This document shows positions 62,704 to 64,000 of a DNA stretch of 64,000 bases, in pieces. Source of the DNA: an uncultured delta proteobacterium (GTDB taxonomy: Bacteria; Desulfobacterota; Desulfobacteria; Desulfobacterales; JAFDCJ01); contig CAVYNY010000020.1 in the NCBI GenBank assembly GCA_963769935.1, forward strand, positions 128,001-192,000, in the 5' to 3' direction. The position numbers were made by a program, and so were the translations under genes. Position 1 is the stretch's first letter. Each line of letters begins with the position of its first letter. The notes under the pieces are model-generated. The model searched no databases. It had not been told where the DNA came from and was given only the letters and a program-made list of their open reading frames with translations.

Positions 62704-64000
62704 ATGGATCCGAACCTGAAAAGATTCAATTCAAATCCGCTGGAATACCTGTCCGCCGAGCAGATGCGTGATATTCATTCAGCATCGCTGGCTATTTTGG
62801 AAGACTGCGGAACGGTTATTCATCATGAGAAAGCAGTTGGCCTTTTGCACCAGGCCGGCGCCCGGGTCCAAGACGACAAGCGGGTGTTTATTCCGAGCGG
62901 TTTGGTCGAATGGGCTGCTCGCCGGGCGCCGTCGCGCGTCACCCTGTACGACCGCAACGGAAAACCGTTTATGTTTCTTGAAGGCCGCAATGTTTACTAC
63001 GGCACCGGATCCGACTGTCCGAATCTGCTGGACAGTTTCACGGGTGAACGCCGCCAATTCTTATCCAAGGACGTGGCCGATGCCGTCCGGCTGGTGGATG
63101 CACTGCCTTATATTGATTTTACCATGTCAATGGGATTGGCGCCTGATTTTCCAAGCAACCGGCAGTATCAGCATAAGTATGCCGTCATGATTCGCAATTC
63201 CACCAAACCCCAGGTCATAACAGCAGCCGACCGGCAAACTCTCAACGACATCGTCGATATCGCCGCCGCGGCAGTCGGCGGTCGCGATGAACTCAGGCGC
63301 AAGCCCGTTTTCGTTTTATATGACGAACCGACGTCACCCCTGGTGCATATTAAGGAAGCGTTGGAAAAGCTCATGTTCATGGCGGAAAACAATCTGCCGA
63401 CCAACTATTCCCCGGGGATCATGGCCGGCGGCACCAGCCCGGTAACCATGGCCGGCGCCATCGCCCAGGCCAACGCCGAAATCCTGGCCGGTCTGGTCAT
63501 TCATCAGCTGACAAATCCGGGGGCACCCTTTATCTTCGGAGCCGGTATGTCGCCCATGGACATGCAGAGCATGCAGCCGACCTATTCCGCTCCCGAAGCC
63601 ATGATCACCCAGGCCGGCCTTTGCCAGCTCGGGCGCTGCCTTTACGATCTGCCGACCTGGGGCTTCGGCGGATGCAGTGCCGCCAAACTGGTGGATGCCC
63701 AGGCGGTGAATGAAGCGGCTGCTTATGTCATGATGGCGGGCTGGATGGGCACCAATCTCGTCCATGACGTGGGATACCTGGAATTCGGTTTGACCTATTC
63801 TTTCGATCTGCTGGTACTCTGCGACGAAATCATCGGCCAGGTCCGACGCATGATGGAAGGCATCCGGGTCGACAAAGAATATCTGGCCGTTGAAAGCATC
63901 AAGCGCGTCGGACCGGGAGGGCATTTTCTCGGCGATGAACACACCATGCGCCATTTCCGGGAAAACTGGCAGCCCGAGCTAACCGACCGAAAAACATACG
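62704..64000 (+). CDS. Trimethylamine methyltransferase (MttB) family, non-pyrrolysine; 3'-truncated by the window edge
   Basis: Not in the ORF track; my translation gives IHSASLAILEDCG, YGTGSD, EPTSPL, GGTSPVTMAGAIAQANAEILAG, PGAPFIFG, VGPGGHFL; RBS AGGAGG. Confidence 0.92.
   Translation, partial: MDPNLKRFNSNPLEYLSAEQMRDIHSASLAILEDCGTVIHHEKAVGLLHQAGARVQDDKRVFIPSGLVEWAARRAPSRVTLYDRNGKPFMFLEGRNVYYGTGSDCPNLLDSFTGERRQFLSKDVADAVRLVDALPYIDFTMSMGLAPDFPSNRQYQHKYAVMIRNSTKPQVITAADRQTLNDIVDIAAAAVGGRDELRRKPVFVLYDEPTSPLVHIKEALEKLMFMAENNLPTNYSPGIMAGGTSPVTMAGAIAQANAEILAGLVIHQLTNPGAPFIFGAGMSPMDMQSMQPTYSAPEAMITQAGLCQLGRCLYDLPTWGFGGCSAAKLVDAQAVNEAAAYVMMAGWMGTNLVHDVGYLEFGLTYSFDLLVLCDEIIGQVRRMMEGIRVDKEYLAVESIKRVGPGGHFLGDEHTMRHFRENWQPELTDRKTY

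Noticed and set aside
63640..63700. Pyrrolysine codon in mttB
   Set aside because: No in-frame TAG

Overview
Bacterial chromosomal window, most likely from an anaerobic Desulfobacterota (Desulfobacterales-like) genome. This is inferred from gene content and intergenic repeat style. About 15 otherwise intact genes are split by single-base indels, which points to uncorrected long-read errors rather than true pseudogenes. The core (about 7.9-39.2 kb) is a trace-element island: a Ni/Co uptake operon (DUF4198, porin, cbiM, cbiL-like), an inserted RND efflux cassette, a cobalamin riboswitch with cbiK, an FmdE/TsaA/peptide-nickel-type ABC operon, mod remnants with a Mop protein, and a selenium cluster. 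The selenium cluster contains a LysR, a double-cubane-type reductase with its ATPase activator, MauE, rhodanese, an Fe-S/CCG protein, a Sec-containing SelD and YedF. The top observation is an unannotated 14-codon leader ORF, MSDVFGFT-U-GH-U-IS, directly upstream of the selenium operon. It has two in-frame UGA codons, a good RBS and a SECIS-like hairpin, making it a candidate selenocysteine-sensing leader peptide. The second is a shared RNA motif (AGCCACGAAGGC...CGTGGCTTTTT) in the leaders of two different metal-uptake operons. The remainder carries housekeeping and amino-acid genes (typA, a cysteine desulfurase, ybaK, ubiG, dcyD, xylB, a polar amino-acid ABC transporter, a racemase, brnTA, cobO, a non-Pyl mttB), several gene remnants and small intergenic repeats or MITEs. 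I saw no rRNA, tRNA, CRISPR array or transposase.
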